Positions 1 to 9,467 of a stretch of DNA of 64,000 nt are shown in pieces (within the stretch, counting starts at the first letter, position 1; each line of letters begins with the position of its first letter). Source of the DNA: Candidatus Uhrbacteria bacterium. GTDB taxonomy: Bacteria > Patescibacteriota > Patescibacteriia > UBA9934 > GWF2-40-263. The translations under genes were made by a program, and so were the position numbers. Under the pieces are notes generated by a model. It was not told the origin of the DNA. It ran no database searches and saw only the letters and a program-made list of their open reading frames with translations. The DNA lies in assembly GCA_037131775.1 (NCBI GenBank), contig JBAXQK010000002.1:23472-87471 (forward strand). The letters are read 5' to 3'.

Positions 1-210
1 TCCCCCAAAAGAAAAAGCACCCCGACGTTCGTCGAGGCGCAGCGTGTCAGCCGATCTTTCCGGTGTCGAACGCGGACAGCGCGTACCAGCCCACGAGCCA
101 GGTGGCAAGGCCGACAGGAAGCTCGTCGGGCGGGTCGCCGGACGTTTCCGGGAGGACGCCTCGCTGGAAGTACGGGATCGAGGCGGCCGCGCGGCCGGCG
201 GCGATAGGGG

Positions 211-471
211 TCAATTCTCCGTATCGTCTCGCGACAGCTCCGCCTGCCCATGACGGCGGCGCCGACCGCGAGGCGGGAATTCTGCCAGAGCGGCATCATG
301 ATCCCGAAAGCAGGCCTCGTGCACCGAACCGGCCGAGATCATCCGGACCGGATCCGTGTGAGTGTCGGTGATCGGCTTCCTACAGAGGACGCAGTCTCGG
401 ACCGGCTTCACGGTAGGCCATCCCATCAGGGTTCTCAGATCCGCAGCCATAAACTCTTTAAGGGTCCACAT
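211..471 (-). CDS. hypothetical small Cys/His-containing protein (86 aa)
   Basis: ATG at 471 is preceded by an AGGAGA Shine-Dalgarno 6 nt upstream. The protein contains C-x-x-C and H/C residues that suggest a zinc-ribbon. No family recognised. Confidence 0.4.
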   Translation of the reverse strand: MWTLKEFMAADLRTLMGWPTVKPVRDCVLCRKPITDTHTDPVRMISAGSVHEACFRDHDAALAEFPPRGRRRRHGQAELSRDDTEN

Positions 472-606
472 CGTTTCTCTCCTGGCGGATTTCTATCACA
501 AACCATCAAAAATGGCCACAACGCCGTACATTCCCGCTATCCCCAGCCCCCTTGCCACCCTTTTCTCCCCGTGATACTATTTCGTCGTTCGGGAGCAGAT
601 CCTGAT

Positions 607-684
607 GGACCGGTGGTGTAGTCCGGTTAACATGTCTCCCTGTCACGGAGAAGATCGAGGGTTCGAATCCCTTCCGGTCCGCCA
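607..684 (+). tRNA. tRNA-Asp (anticodon GTC)
   Basis: Cloverleaf seen in sequence: acceptor GGACCGG/CCGGTCC, anticodon stem TCTCC/GGAGA with loop CTGTCAC, T-loop TTCGAAT, and an encoded 3' CCA. Confidence 0.9.
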
Positions 685-695
685 GGATCTGCTAT

Positions 696-738
696 CGAAA
701 AACGGTCCCGTCTCGCAAGAGGCGGGGCCGTTTTGTTT
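696..738. terminator. bidirectional intrinsic terminator
   Basis: A 12-bp GC-rich stem (CGGTCCCGTCTC GCAA GAGGCGGGGCCG) is flanked by an A-run upstream and TTTTGTTT downstream. It lies between tRNA-Asp and the stop of the minus-strand permease gene. Confidence 0.55.
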
Positions 739-741
739 GGA

Positions 742-1974
742 TTACTCGTATCGCAGCGCCTCGATGGCGTCGAGGCGGGCGGCGCGCCTTGCGGGATAAT
801 ACCCGAAGGCAATTCCGGTAATCGTCGCGACGGCGGCGCTGACCGCGACTCCCGAGGGCGGGACGATGAACTGCCAGACCGGGACGAATTGACGGATGAC
901 CACCGACGCCGCGAACGAGCCGCCGATGCCGAGCGCGATGCCAAGGACGCCGCCGAGCAGCGTGAGCATCACGGCCTCGAGGAGGAACTGCTGGAGCACC
1001 TCGGACTGCGTCGCGCCGATGGCCTTCCGAAGCCCGATCTCCCTCGTCCGTTCCGTAACGGATACGAGCATCATGTTCATGATCCCGATTCCGCCCACCA
1101 GGAGCGAGATGGCCGCGATGGACGACAGGAGCGCGGTGAGCGCGAATCCGACCGCGCCAATGATGGCCACGGCGTCGGCCTGACTCGATACGTGGAAGTC
1201 GTCCTTCGACAGGTCCTGCTCCGGGTTGTCGATGTTGTGCGCGTCGCGGAGAATCGCGCGCGCGTCGTCCTTGGCCTGCTCGATGTCGCCCGTCGCCTTC
1301 GCCGCGATGTAATGGACGTAATCGACGCCAAGCAGCTCGCGCTGGCCCGTCGTGACCGGAATATACACGCGCTTGTCGAGGTTCTGGAAGAACTTGCTTC
1401 CCTGCGGGTCGAGCACCCCCACCACGCGCACGGCAAGCCGCTTCACGAGCATGCGCTGTCCGATCGGATCCTGGTCGCCGAACAGGTCGGCGGCGATCTC
1501 GCTCCCAAGCACGGCCACGCGCGCATGGCTTGCCACGTCCTCGGCCTCGACGAACCGTCCCGACGCGACGGTTGCCGGGAACACTTCGAGCTGAAGTTCG
1601 TCGACGCCGGCGATCTCTGTGAACGCGCTGTTCTCCCCCACGGAAACCGCCGTGCTCGTAATCACCACCGATGACGCGTATTCGAACGGACCCTGCGCCA
1701 CGAGCGCCGCCGCGTCCTCGAGCCGAAGCGACTGGTCGGTAAACGGCGACGGCGGGCCTCCCTCATTGCTGCCGCTGCCCGCCTCCACGAACATGACGTC
1801 CGAACCCAGCGCCGACACCTGGTTGAGCACGTACGCCTGCGCCCCCTGCCCGAGCGACAGCATCAAAATGACGGCCGCGATCCCAATGACGATGCCAAGG
1901 ACCGTCAGAAGCGAGCGGGACACGTTCCGGCGCAATGACTCGTACGCGGTCGTCGTGAGGTCAATCAGGCGCAT
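742..1974 (-). CDS. ABC transporter permease, MacB/FtsX family (N-terminal TM, periplasmic domain, C-terminal FtsX 3-TM bundle)
   Basis: 410 aa. Architecture and motifs are typical of MacB/LolC/FtsX-like permeases. It directly follows the ATPase gene with a 1-nt gap. Confidence 0.85.
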   Translation of the reverse strand: MRLIDLTTTAYESLRRNVSRSLLTVLGIVIGIAAVILMLSLGQGAQAYVLNQVSALGSDVMFVEAGSGSNEGGPPSPFTDQSLRLEDAAALVAQGPFEYASSVVITSTAVSVGENSAFTEIAGVDELQLEVFPATVASGRFVEAEDVASHARVAVLGSEIAADLFGDQDPIGQRMLVKRLAVRVVGVLDPQGSKFFQNLDKRVYIPVTTGQRELLGVDYVHYIAAKATGDIEQAKDDARAILRDAHNIDNPEQDLSKDDFHVSSQADAVAIIGAVGFALTALLSSIAAISLLVGGIGIMNMMLVSVTERTREIGLRKAIGATQSEVLQQFLLEAVMLTLLGGVLGIALGIGGSFAASVVIRQFVPVWQFIVPPSGVAVSAAVATITGIAFGYYPARRAARLDAIEALRYE

Positions 1975-1975
1975 A

Positions 1976-2650
1976 TTATAAAATTTTTCCGTCCCGGATT
2001 CGAATCACCCGGTCGCTGAATGCGGCGGCCTCTTCCTCGTGGGTGACCATCACCACGGTACGGCCGTCCTTCTTGCACAGGTCCCGGAGGATGTTCAGTA
2101 CCTGCTCGCTCGACTTCGAGTCGAGGTTTCCGGTCGGCTCGTCCGCGAACAAAACCGTCGGATTGTTTACGAGCGCCCTTGCGATTGCCACGCGCTGCTT
2201 CTGGCCTCCCGACAGCTGGGACGGAAGAAAGTCCTCGCGGTCGGACAGTCCGACGTCGGCGAGCACCGCCTTGGCACGGGCAAGACGGCTCGCCGGCTTG
2301 TCCGTCGTGTACAGCAGCGGCAGCATGACATTTTCGACGGCGGTCAGGCGAGGCAGCAGGTGGAACGCCTGGAACACGAACCCGATCTTTTCCAGGCGAA
2401 GCTTCGCGCACTCCACGTCGGAACGCTTCGTCACGTCGATTCCGTCGAACAGGTATGTCCCGGAGGTCGGCCGGTCGAGCAGGCTCACGATGTGCATGAG
2501 GGTCGATTTTCCCGACCCGCTCGGCCCCATGAGCGACACGAACTCACCCGCGTTCACGACCAGGTCGACGCCATGAAGAACGGGCGTCTCCACGTCGCCG
2601 TTCACATATGTCTTCGTGATGCCGCGTAGTTCTACTTTGGGAAGCGGCAT
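1976..2650 (-). CDS. ABC transporter ATP-binding protein (MacB/LolD-like)
   Basis: Walker A GPSGSGKST, ABC signature LSGGQKQRVAIARAL and Walker B LLFADEPTGNLD are present. Confidence 0.9.
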   Translation of the reverse strand: MPLPKVELRGITKTYVNGDVETPVLHGVDLVVNAGEFVSLMGPSGSGKSTLMHIVSLLDRPTSGTYLFDGIDVTKRSDVECAKLRLEKIGFVFQAFHLLPRLTAVENVMLPLLYTTDKPASRLARAKAVLADVGLSDREDFLPSQLSGGQKQRVAIARALVNNPTVLFADEPTGNLDSKSSEQVLNILRDLCKKDGRTVVMVTHEEEAAAFSDRVIRIRDGKIL

Positions 2651-2651
2651 A

Positions 2652-4442
2652 CTAGGGCTTTGACAGGGAAACGACCACCGCCTCGCCCTCTTCCAATCCG
2701 CTCAGAATCTCCGTCCTCCCTCCGTCCGCGTGCAAACCGACCATAACCGTTCGTTCCTCGATCGTCCCGTCCGCGGCTTGGAGCCGGACGTACTTGTAAC
2801 CGTCCTTGGCGAGCACGGAGCGCGACGGCACGGAGATGGCGTCGGCGCGTTCCGCGGCGCGGACCGTCACGTTCGACGACATTCCGGGGCGCACGAGCGA
2901 CAGGTCCTGGCCGGCCGCGAGGGAAACCGTTGCCTCGTAATAGACGACGCCCTCGATGAGCTTCTGGGCAGGATCGATCTTCACGACCGCCCCCTCGAAC
3001 GCACGGGCGTCGCCAAGCGCGTCGAACGTGATGCCGGCCGCATTGCCCACGGAAATCTTGGAAACGTCGGATTCCGGGACGTCCATGGACACCTCGTACG
3101 CGGTGCCGCTCGAAAGCACCGTTATCGCCGTGACGCCGGCCGAGGCGGACTCGCCCGCGTCGAACGCGATCGCGGTCACGATCCCGTCGATGGGCGCGAT
3201 GACCTGCGTCTTTTGGAGGCGGGCGACCGCGCCGGCAAGGTCGGCCTGCGCCGCGGCGATGGAGGCGCGAAGCGAGGCGACGTCCACGTTGCGCGGGGCG
3301 ACGATGAGGCTTGCGAGCGACGCGTTGGCGCGGACGAGGTCGGCGGAGCGGGACGCGACGGCGGAGGCGGCGGTTGCCTCGGCGCGGTCGCGGGTGGCCC
3401 TGGCCGTCGCGAGCGCATTCGTCGAGGACGAGACGTCATCGGTCAGCGCGGCCTGCGCGTCTGCGAGGGACTGCTTCGCGTTCGTCAGCGCGGTGCCATT
3501 GGAGATCAGCGTCGAGAGCGACGAGGCGATGGTCGTCTTGTACGCCTTGGTATCGTCAAGGGAGAAGTCGGCCGAGTCCGAGACGGTCGCGTCAAGCACG
3601 CGCGCGGTCTGCAGCAGCGTCTCGGACGCGTCGCGGTACGACTGCTCGACGAGGACGACGACGGACGATACGGAAGAATCGGTCGAAGCGTCCATCGCGA
3701 GGAAGGCCGCCTCCGCCGCATCACGGCTCCGCGCGGCGACGGCGAACGCGTTCGTCGCGTCGAGCACGGTCTGCGATCCCTCGTTTCCAAGCATGTCCTC
3801 GAACGTCTGATTATAGAGCGTGTTCTCAATCCCAAGGACGGTATCCGCGTCCGCCAGCGCGTGGCGAACCTCCGCGACGGTCGACCGCGCGGACTCGACG
3901 AGATCCTCCCGAGACGACGAAAGCGTCCGCGCCGTGTCCGTCTTCGCCTGAGCCAACGACTGTTCCGCGCTTATCACGGCCGCGTCCTGGACGGCCTTCG
4001 CCTGGAGCTCGTCCGCCTGGGCCGCGGAAAGCGTGGCCTGGGCCACCGCCACGTCAGCCTGGGCCACCGCGACCTGCTCGGACGAAACCCCGGCAAGCTT
4101 CGCGTCGAGCTCGGCCTGCGCCCTCGTCACGGAATCCCGCGCCTGTGCCACCGCGGCCGAGAGATCGTCCGCGTTCAGCGAGGCAAGCGTCTCCCCCGCC
4201 ACGACGGTGTCCCCGACCGCGACCGCGATGGAATCAACCGTTCCCGACGCGTTGAACGCCAGGCTGACGTCGTTGATCGTTTCCACGGTCCCGGTCACCT
4301 CCACGGTCTGCGCGAGCGACCCCTTCTCGACGCGCGCCGTCACGGCCACGGGAATCGGCGCGGGACGCATAACGAGGTACCCGATCGCGCCGGCGACCAA
4401 AAGAATAATGACGAGAAGAACGATGCGGGAGCGTTTGATCAT
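2652..4442 (-). CDS. HlyD/membrane-fusion-protein family periplasmic adaptor with a very long coiled-coil hairpin
   Basis: The true start is MIKRSRIVLLVIILLVAG (TM anchor) at 4442. The track ORF extends further only because of stop-free antisense reading of the ABC-F gene. The protein has a biotinyl/lipoyl-like beta domain, then about 350 aa of Ala/Gln/Asp-rich heptad coiled coil, then a beta-barrel. Confidence 0.75.
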   Translation of the reverse strand: MIKRSRIVLLVIILLVAGAIGYLVMRPAPIPVAVTARVEKGSLAQTVEVTGTVETINDVSLAFNASGTVDSIAVAVGDTVVAGETLASLNADDLSAAVAQARDSVTRAQAELDAKLAGVSSEQVAVAQADVAVAQATLSAAQADELQAKAVQDAAVISAEQSLAQAKTDTARTLSSSREDLVESARSTVAEVRHALADADTVLGIENTLYNQTFEDMLGNEGSQTVLDATNAFAVAARSRDAAEAAFLAMDASTDSSVSSVVVLVEQSYRDASETLLQTARVLDATVSDSADFSLDDTKAYKTTIASSLSTLISNGTALTNAKQSLADAQAALTDDVSSSTNALATARATRDRAEATAASAVASRSADLVRANASLASLIVAPRNVDVASLRASIAAAQADLAGAVARLQKTQVIAPIDGIVTAIAFDAGESASAGVTAITVLSSGTAYEVSMDVPESDVSKISVGNAAGITFDALGDARAFEGAVVKIDPAQKLIEGVVYYEATVSLAAGQDLSLVRPGMSSNVTVRAAERADAISVPSRSVLAKDGYKYVRLQAADGTIEERTVMVGLHADGGRTEILSGLEEGEAVVVSLSKP

Positions 4443-4529
4443 ATCGACTGAAGTATACGGGAAAACGGGGTTGGAGTCAACGCGGAGGGGGTTGAGAAAT
4501 TGGGAGAGAAGGGGTAGAGTGCCGGGGTT

Positions 4530-6302
4530 ATGCGTCCCCTGCTCGAAGCCACCCAACTCCGGAAGCTCTACGGCCGCCAGCATGTGCTCGACGGGGTGTC
4601 TTTTGTCGTGTCGGAGGGCGCGCACATCGGGCTGGTCGGTCGCAACGGAGCCGGAAAGACGACGATGCTGAAGATCCTGGCGGGCGACGAGGAGGCGGAC
4701 TCCGGGACGGTGAAGCTGATGCCGTGGACGCGGCTCGGAGTTTTGCGACAGCATGAGATTCTGCCGGACGACGTGGCGACGCTCGCGTATCTCGCGTCGA
4801 CGAGCAGCCGGCCGGAATGGGACTGCTCGAAGCTTGCGGCGCGGTTCGGGATCAAGGGGAAGGAGCTTTCGCTTCCGCCGGCGTCGCTGTCGGGCGGATA
4901 CCAGATGCGCGTGAAGATCGTCGCGATGCTGTTGCAGAACCCGACACTTCTTTTGCTCGACGAACCGATGAACTATCTCGACCTTCCCACGCTCCTCCTG
5001 CTGGAGTCCTTTTTGCGCGACTATCCCGGCTCGTTCCTGATGACGTCGCACGACCGCGAGGCGATGCAGAACATCTGCACCGAGACGTGGGAGATCGCGA
5101 ACGGCGCGCTCGCCGAGTTCCCGGGCGACCTCGAGACGTACCTCGACTGGAAGGACGAGCAGGCCGAGTACGCGCGCCGCACCAACAAGCGCCTCCGCCG
5201 CGAGATGTCCGACGCCCAGGCGTTCGCCGACCGCTTTCGCGCCAAGGCGTCGCTCGCCTCGCGCGCCCAAAGCAAGCTCCGCCACATCGCCAAGCTTCGC
5301 AACCAGCTGAAGACGGTTGGATCGAACCTCCCCACCGCCGCATTCCGCATCCCCTGCCCGGCCGTCACCTCCGGTCCTGCGGTGCGCTGCGTCGACCTGT
5401 CGATCGGCTACGAGGGATACGCGCCCGTCGCGACCGGGATCAACGTCGAGATCCAGCGCGGGGCGAAGGTGGCGATCGTCGGCGAGAACGGTCGCGGGAA
5501 ATCTACGTTCCTAAAGACGCTCGGCGGGATCCTCGACCCGATCGCCGGCGAGGTCAAGTGGTGGCACCGCGCGAACATCGGGTATTTCTCCCAGCTGTCC
5601 GAGGACACGCTGTCGCCCGACGCGACCGTTCTTCAGGCACTCACCCAGGCCGCCGGCGACGCGTCCGGCGAGCGCATCCTGGCCGCGGCCGGCGCGTTCC
5701 TGTTCCGCAATGACGACCTCGAGAAGACCTGCCGGGTCCTCTCCGGCGGCGAGCGCGCCCGCGTTCGCCTGGCCCGGCTCGTCCTCCGCGAGCACAGCGT
5801 CCTCATCCTCGACGAGCCCACCAACCATCTCGACGCCGAAACCGTCGAAGTCCTCGCCCGCGCCCTCAAGGAATATCCCGGAACGGTCATCCTCGTCTCC
5901 CACGCCCGCACGTTCATGAACGCCATCATCGACACGATCTTCGAGGTTCGCGACGGGATGGTTCGGCATTACATCGGAACATACGAGGAGTATGTGAGCG
6001 ATTTGACGGACAAGGCGGAGGAGACGACGCGGGCGTCCGATAGCGCGACGACCACCCCTGACCCCTCCTGCCTATCAGGAGGGGAAACGTCGAGGAAAGA
6101 GCAGGCCGTCGCGAATCGCGAGAACAAGCGCGTGCAGCTTCGCATCGAGGACAAGATGAAAAAACTCGACCGTGAGAAGAGCGACATCCTGGCGTTCTTC
6201 TTTGAGAACCCGACCGATTATTCACCGGAAAAGAACCGCCGCCTGGCCGAGCTTGAGGAAGAGCTCGCGACCGCCGAGCGCGAGTGGCTGTCACACGTAT
6301 GA
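4530..6302 (+). CDS. ABC-F family ATPase (two tandem ABC domains, no TM; Uup/EttA-like)
   Basis: Two Walker A motifs (GRNGAGKTT, GENGRGKST) and two signatures (LSGGYQMRV, LSGGERARV) are present. An inter-domain linker and a C-terminal coiled-coil tail follow. An RBS GGAGAGAAGGGG lies upstream. Confidence 0.85.
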   Translation: MRPLLEATQLRKLYGRQHVLDGVSFVVSEGAHIGLVGRNGAGKTTMLKILAGDEEADSGTVKLMPWTRLGVLRQHEILPDDVATLAYLASTSSRPEWDCSKLAARFGIKGKELSLPPASLSGGYQMRVKIVAMLLQNPTLLLLDEPMNYLDLPTLLLLESFLRDYPGSFLMTSHDREAMQNICTETWEIANGALAEFPGDLETYLDWKDEQAEYARRTNKRLRREMSDAQAFADRFRAKASLASRAQSKLRHIAKLRNQLKTVGSNLPTAAFRIPCPAVTSGPAVRCVDLSIGYEGYAPVATGINVEIQRGAKVAIVGENGRGKSTFLKTLGGILDPIAGEVKWWHRANIGYFSQLSEDTLSPDATVLQALTQAAGDASGERILAAAGAFLFRNDDLEKTCRVLSGGERARVRLARLVLREHSVLILDEPTNHLDAETVEVLARALKEYPGTVILVSHARTFMNAIIDTIFEVRDGMVRHYIGTYEEYVSDLTDKAEETTRASDSATTTPDPSCLSGGETSRKEQAVANRENKRVQLRIEDKMKKLDREKSDILAFFFENPTDYSPEKNRRLAELEEELATAEREWLSHV

Positions 6303-7573
6303 TGCGAGTCGCGATCATCGGAGGGGGCGCGGCCGGGCTGATGGCCGCCGCGACGCTGCACGAGGACGATCCGTCCGTCGAGATCTTTTTGATTGAGCGC
6401 AACGACGGGCTCGGGAAGAAGGTCATCATCTCCGGTGGCGGGCGGTGCAACGTCACGACGGGCATTCGCGATGTGAAGACCGTCCTCACCAAATACCCGC
6501 GCGGCGGCAAGTTCCTCACCTCCGCCATGTACGCCTTCCCGCCCGAGGCGGTCGAGGCCTGGTTCGAATCGCACGGCGTCCCGCTCAAGACGCAGGCCGA
6601 CCTCCGCGTATTCCCCGTCTCCGACGACGGCCACGACATCGTCCGGGCGTTCGAGGAGCTGTTCGCGCTATCGAACGTCCACATCCTTTTGAAAACTTCC
6701 GCGACCCGCGTTGAGAAGCGCGGCGATGAATTTTTTATCTTTACGAAAGAGTCGCCCGACCCGATCGTCGCGGACCGTCTCGTCCTCACGACAGGCGGTC
6801 AGGCATACCGACACACGGGTTCGACCGGCGACGGCTACGCGTTTGCGACGGCGCTCGGACACACGATCACGCCGCTCGCCCCGAGCCTCAACGCATTCTT
6901 TACGAGCGAGACCTGGCCGAAGGAAATCTCAGGCCTCTCATTCGAGCGCGCGACGATCACCGCACATCGCCGTCCCAACAACCTGACCCCTTCGACCCCC
7001 TTGACCCCCCTGAACCCCTCTTTCACCGGTCCCTTCCTCTTCACCCACAAGGGCGTGAGCGGCCCGGCGGTTTTCGCGCTCTCGTCGATCGTCGCCTTCG
7101 AACCGTACGACGCGGCCAATCCGCTTGAAATCGCCATCGACCTGTTCCCCGACGAGACATCCGACGCCCTTCGATCCCGCGTCGAAACGGTCGCGACGAC
7201 AAACCCGAATAAGCGGTTCGACAACGTCCTCGGCCTCCTCGTTCCCAAGTCCCTGGCCGACATCGTCGTCGACCAGCTTGGAATTTCCAAAACAAAGAGC
7301 GCGAACCAGGTCGCCAAAAAGGACATGGCACGAACGGCCGGATGGCTCAAGTCGATCCCGCTCCACGTGGTCCAGCGCGGCGCCGGCGACGAGTTCGTGA
7401 CCGCGGGCGGGGTCGATCTTTCCGAAGTGGACCCGACCACCATGGAATCGCGCGTTTGCCCCGGATTGTACTTCGCCGGGGAGATTTTGGACGTGGACGG
7501 TTTCACCGGCGGCTTCAACCTCCAGGCGTCATGGGCGGCCGGGCATCTGGTAGGAAAATCGATTGTCCATTGA
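6299..7573 (+). CDS. FAD-dependent flavoprotein, HI0933/BaiN (aminoacetone-oxidase-like) family
   Basis: N-terminal dinucleotide fold RVAIIGGGAAGLMAA and a C-terminal GEILDVDGFTGGFNLQ motif are present. The start overlaps the ABC-F stop (ATGA). A low-complexity insert reads PNNLTPSTPLTPLNPS. Confidence 0.8.
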   Translation: MMRVAIIGGGAAGLMAAATLHEDDPSVEIFLIERNDGLGKKVIISGGGRCNVTTGIRDVKTVLTKYPRGGKFLTSAMYAFPPEAVEAWFESHGVPLKTQADLRVFPVSDDGHDIVRAFEELFALSNVHILLKTSATRVEKRGDEFFIFTKESPDPIVADRLVLTTGGQAYRHTGSTGDGYAFATALGHTITPLAPSLNAFFTSETWPKEISGLSFERATITAHRRPNNLTPSTPLTPLNPSFTGPFLFTHKGVSGPAVFALSSIVAFEPYDAANPLEIAIDLFPDETSDALRSRVETVATTNPNKRFDNVLGLLVPKSLADIVVDQLGISKTKSANQVAKKDMARTAGWLKSIPLHVVQRGAGDEFVTAGGVDLSEVDPTTMESRVCPGLYFAGEILDVDGFTGGFNLQASWAAGHLVGKSIVH

Positions 7574-7598
7574 CATTCGGCTCGGCTCGGCCTATTCT
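7570..7598 (+). promoter_or_regulatory. sigma70-like promoter (TTGACA-17-TATTCT)
   Basis: A consensus -35 hexamer and a 17-nt spacer start right after the flavoprotein stop, upstream of ORF 7666. Confidence 0.4.
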
Positions 7599-7665
7599 GT
7601 CGGTGTTCAGAGCATCGTGCCTTGGACATCAGCGCAGACAACCCCCGCTCAATCAGTGAGACTCA

Positions 7666-8037
7666 ATGCCTCAGCCCGCCGTCCTACCCCCCACTCCCGT
7701 CCACCACGCCGGCCCAGCCAAGTCCTTCGAGGACATTCGCCGCGAAAGCAGGCTCCCGATCGTCCTTCAGTTCAAGCGGATCCTCGACGGTGTCGATGGT
7801 CTCAACCCGAAGGCCAGGACGGACATGCTCCGCGAACTCGGCGCCTGGATCGGAGACCTGGGCTCCGAAGCCAACGCCATGGTCCACCGCGCCTTCGTCC
7901 TCGCCGACGCGCTCGGCCTGAACGAAGAGGCGCTGTCCTGGCCGAGCGTCCCCATCCACCACCTCCTCAACTTCGTCCTGCCCGAGCTCGAGGCGCGCAC
8001 TGCCGCCGCCGCGAACGCAAAGGGACCCGCCCACTAG
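7666..8037 (+). CDS. hypothetical protein (123 aa)
   Basis: The ORF is flanked by the candidate promoter and by its own downstream intrinsic terminator. No family recognised. Confidence 0.4.
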   Translation: MPQPAVLPPTPVHHAGPAKSFEDIRRESRLPIVLQFKRILDGVDGLNPKARTDMLRELGAWIGDLGSEANAMVHRAFVLADALGLNEEALSWPSVPIHHLLNFVLPELEARTAAAANAKGPAH

Positions 8038-8065
8038 CGGATCCCCGGACGAACGTCTCTCCACG

Positions 8066-8091
8066 CCGTGCTGCTTGCACGGCCTTTTTTT
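8066..8091 (+). terminator. intrinsic terminator
   Basis: Hairpin CCGTGC-TGCTT-GCACGG followed by a T7 run. Confidence 0.5.
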
Positions 8092-9466
8092 ATCTCGCCA
8101 CCGCCACGTCGAACCCGGCGCCCTTCTCATCCCCCGTGACGACTGCGAGGTGCGCGCCCTTCTTGACCCACTTGCGGGCCCGCAGCTCGGCGATCGCCTT
8201 CTCGGCGAACCCGACGGACGACTTCGACTTCAGCACGAATGCACGGACGCCCCAGCGGATGCCGACCTGCCGCGCCTCGGCTTCCGTGGCGCAGCCAAGG
8301 AACAGCGGAACCTCGGGCCGCGCGATCATGAGCCTCTCCGCCCAGGGGGCGAACGAATGCGACGCGACGATTCCCGAGATGAGATCTCCCGCCACGAACG
8401 CCTTCAGCGTCTCGCTGAGCGCGCCGACTCCGGACCCCGCGATCTCTTCGGCGGCCACGTCGTCGAACTTCGACGCCTCGGTCTCCGCGATGATCTTTGC
8501 CATCGTCGCCACCGCCTGCTTCGGATACTTCCCCGTCGCGGACTCGCCCGAGAGCATCACCGCGTCCGCGTGGTCAATCACCGCGTTCGCAACGTCGGAC
8601 ACCTCGGCGCGCGTCGGCCGCGGGTTGCGGGTCATCGAGTCGAGCATCTGCGTCGCGACGACGACGGGCTTTCCCGCAAGGCGGCACTTCTCAACGATCT
8701 CCTTCTGTCGCAGCGGAACGTCCTCGGCCGGCGTCTCAACCCCGAGATCGCCACGCGCGACCATCACCGCGTCCGTCGCGGCCAGAATCTCGTCGAAGTT
8801 CTCGAGCGCCTCGTGCTTCTCGATCTTGACGATGATCTTCGGGAGTGACTGAGTGATGGAGTGATTGAGTGATGGAGAAGCTGCCGCGATCAGACGACGA
8901 AGCGTCTTCACGTCCTTTGCGGACGTAACGAACGACAGTGCCATCCAATCCACTCCCTGCTGAACACCAAAAATAATATCCTCCTTGTCCTTCGCGGTCA
9001 GCGACGAGACGCGCAAGGTCGAATCCGGGAAGTTCATCCCCTTGTGCGACGTGACCGTCCCGCCGTTCACGACCTTGGCCGTCATGAACCCGGCCTTCCC
9101 GCTCACGTACGACACCTCGATGATCCCGTCGTCGATCATGACTCGGTCGCCCCTCTTCACGTCCTTGTACAGCGCCGAGTACGTCACCGGAAGCGTAACC
9201 GTCTCGCCGTTCCTCAGAACGACTCCGGCGTCCGGCACGACCCCGATCCGAATCTTCGGTCCCTGCAGGTCGCCGAGGATCGCGACCGTCTCGCCCGCCT
9301 TCTTCGCCGTCGCACGAATCGTCCGCACGAGCTTCGCGTGCCCGGCGTGCGTGCCGTGCGAAAAGTTAAGACGCGCGACGTTCATCCCCGACTTGATCAT
9401 CGCGGACAATGTCGCGGGAGTGTCGGACGCCGGGCCGATGGTGCAGACGATCTTTGTGCGCTTCAT
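8090..9466 (-). CDS. pyk: pyruvate kinase
   Basis: N-terminal [11 protein letters not shown]+/substrate motifs and [10 protein letters not shown] are present. The protein is 458 aa. It carries an in-frame repeat-encoded insertion [13 protein letters not shown]. Confidence 0.9.
   Translation of the reverse strand: MKRTKIVCTIGPASDTPATLSAMIKSGMNVARLNFSHGTHAGHAKLVRTIRATAKKAGETVAILGDLQGPKIRIGVVPDAGVVLRNGETVTLPVTYSALYKDVKRGDRVMIDDGIIEVSYVSGKAGFMTAKVVNGGTVTSHKGMNFPDSTLRVSSLTAKDKEDIIFGVQQGVDWMALSFVTSAKDVKTLRRLIAAASPSLNHSITQSLPKIIVKIEKHEALENFDEILAATDAVMVARGDLGVETPAEDVPLRQKEIVEKCRLAGKPVVVATQMLDSMTRNPRPTRAEVSDVANAVIDHADAVMLSGESATGKYPKQAVATMAKIIAETEASKFDDVAAEEIAGSGVGALSETLKAFVAGDLISGIVASHSFAPWAERLMIARPEVPLFLGCATEAEARQVGIRWGVRAFVLKSKSSVGFAEKAIAELRARKWVKKGAHLAVVTGDEKGAGFDVAVAR
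8842..8875. repeat. family-A 8-mer tandem repeat (GGAGTGAT/ATCACTCC units) embedded in-frame in pyk
   Basis: The sequence ggagtgactgagtgatggagtgattgagtgatgg was seen. It is related to the copies at 11214, 48253 and 50759. Confidence 0.7.
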
Positions 9467-9467
9467 A

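Noticed and set aside
1-210. Possible gene at the extreme 5' edge (ORFs 44-253, 63-371)
   Set aside because: It has an Arg/Ala-rich, antisense-like composition, overlaps the better-supported minus-strand ORF 211-471, and has no start or RBS evidence.
605-799. 64-aa ORF starting MDRWCSPVNMSPCHGEDRGFESL
   Set aside because: It is the tRNA-Asp gene read as protein.
2730-4451. Long Arg/Gly/Asp-rich ORFs antisense to real genes (for example 2730-4451, 3311-4255, 14442-16571, 18367-20133, 20359-21414, 26155-27912, 31135-32598)
   Set aside because: These are typical high-GC antisense artefacts. They have extreme Arg/Gly/His bias, no recognisable domains, and overlap well-supported genes on the other strand.
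2652-5285. 877-aa ORF called as one gene
   Set aside because: The N-terminal about 280 aa are an Arg/His-rich, stop-free antisense reading of the ABC-F gene on the opposite strand. The adaptor protein clearly begins at the TM segment MIKRSRIVLL (ATG at 4442).
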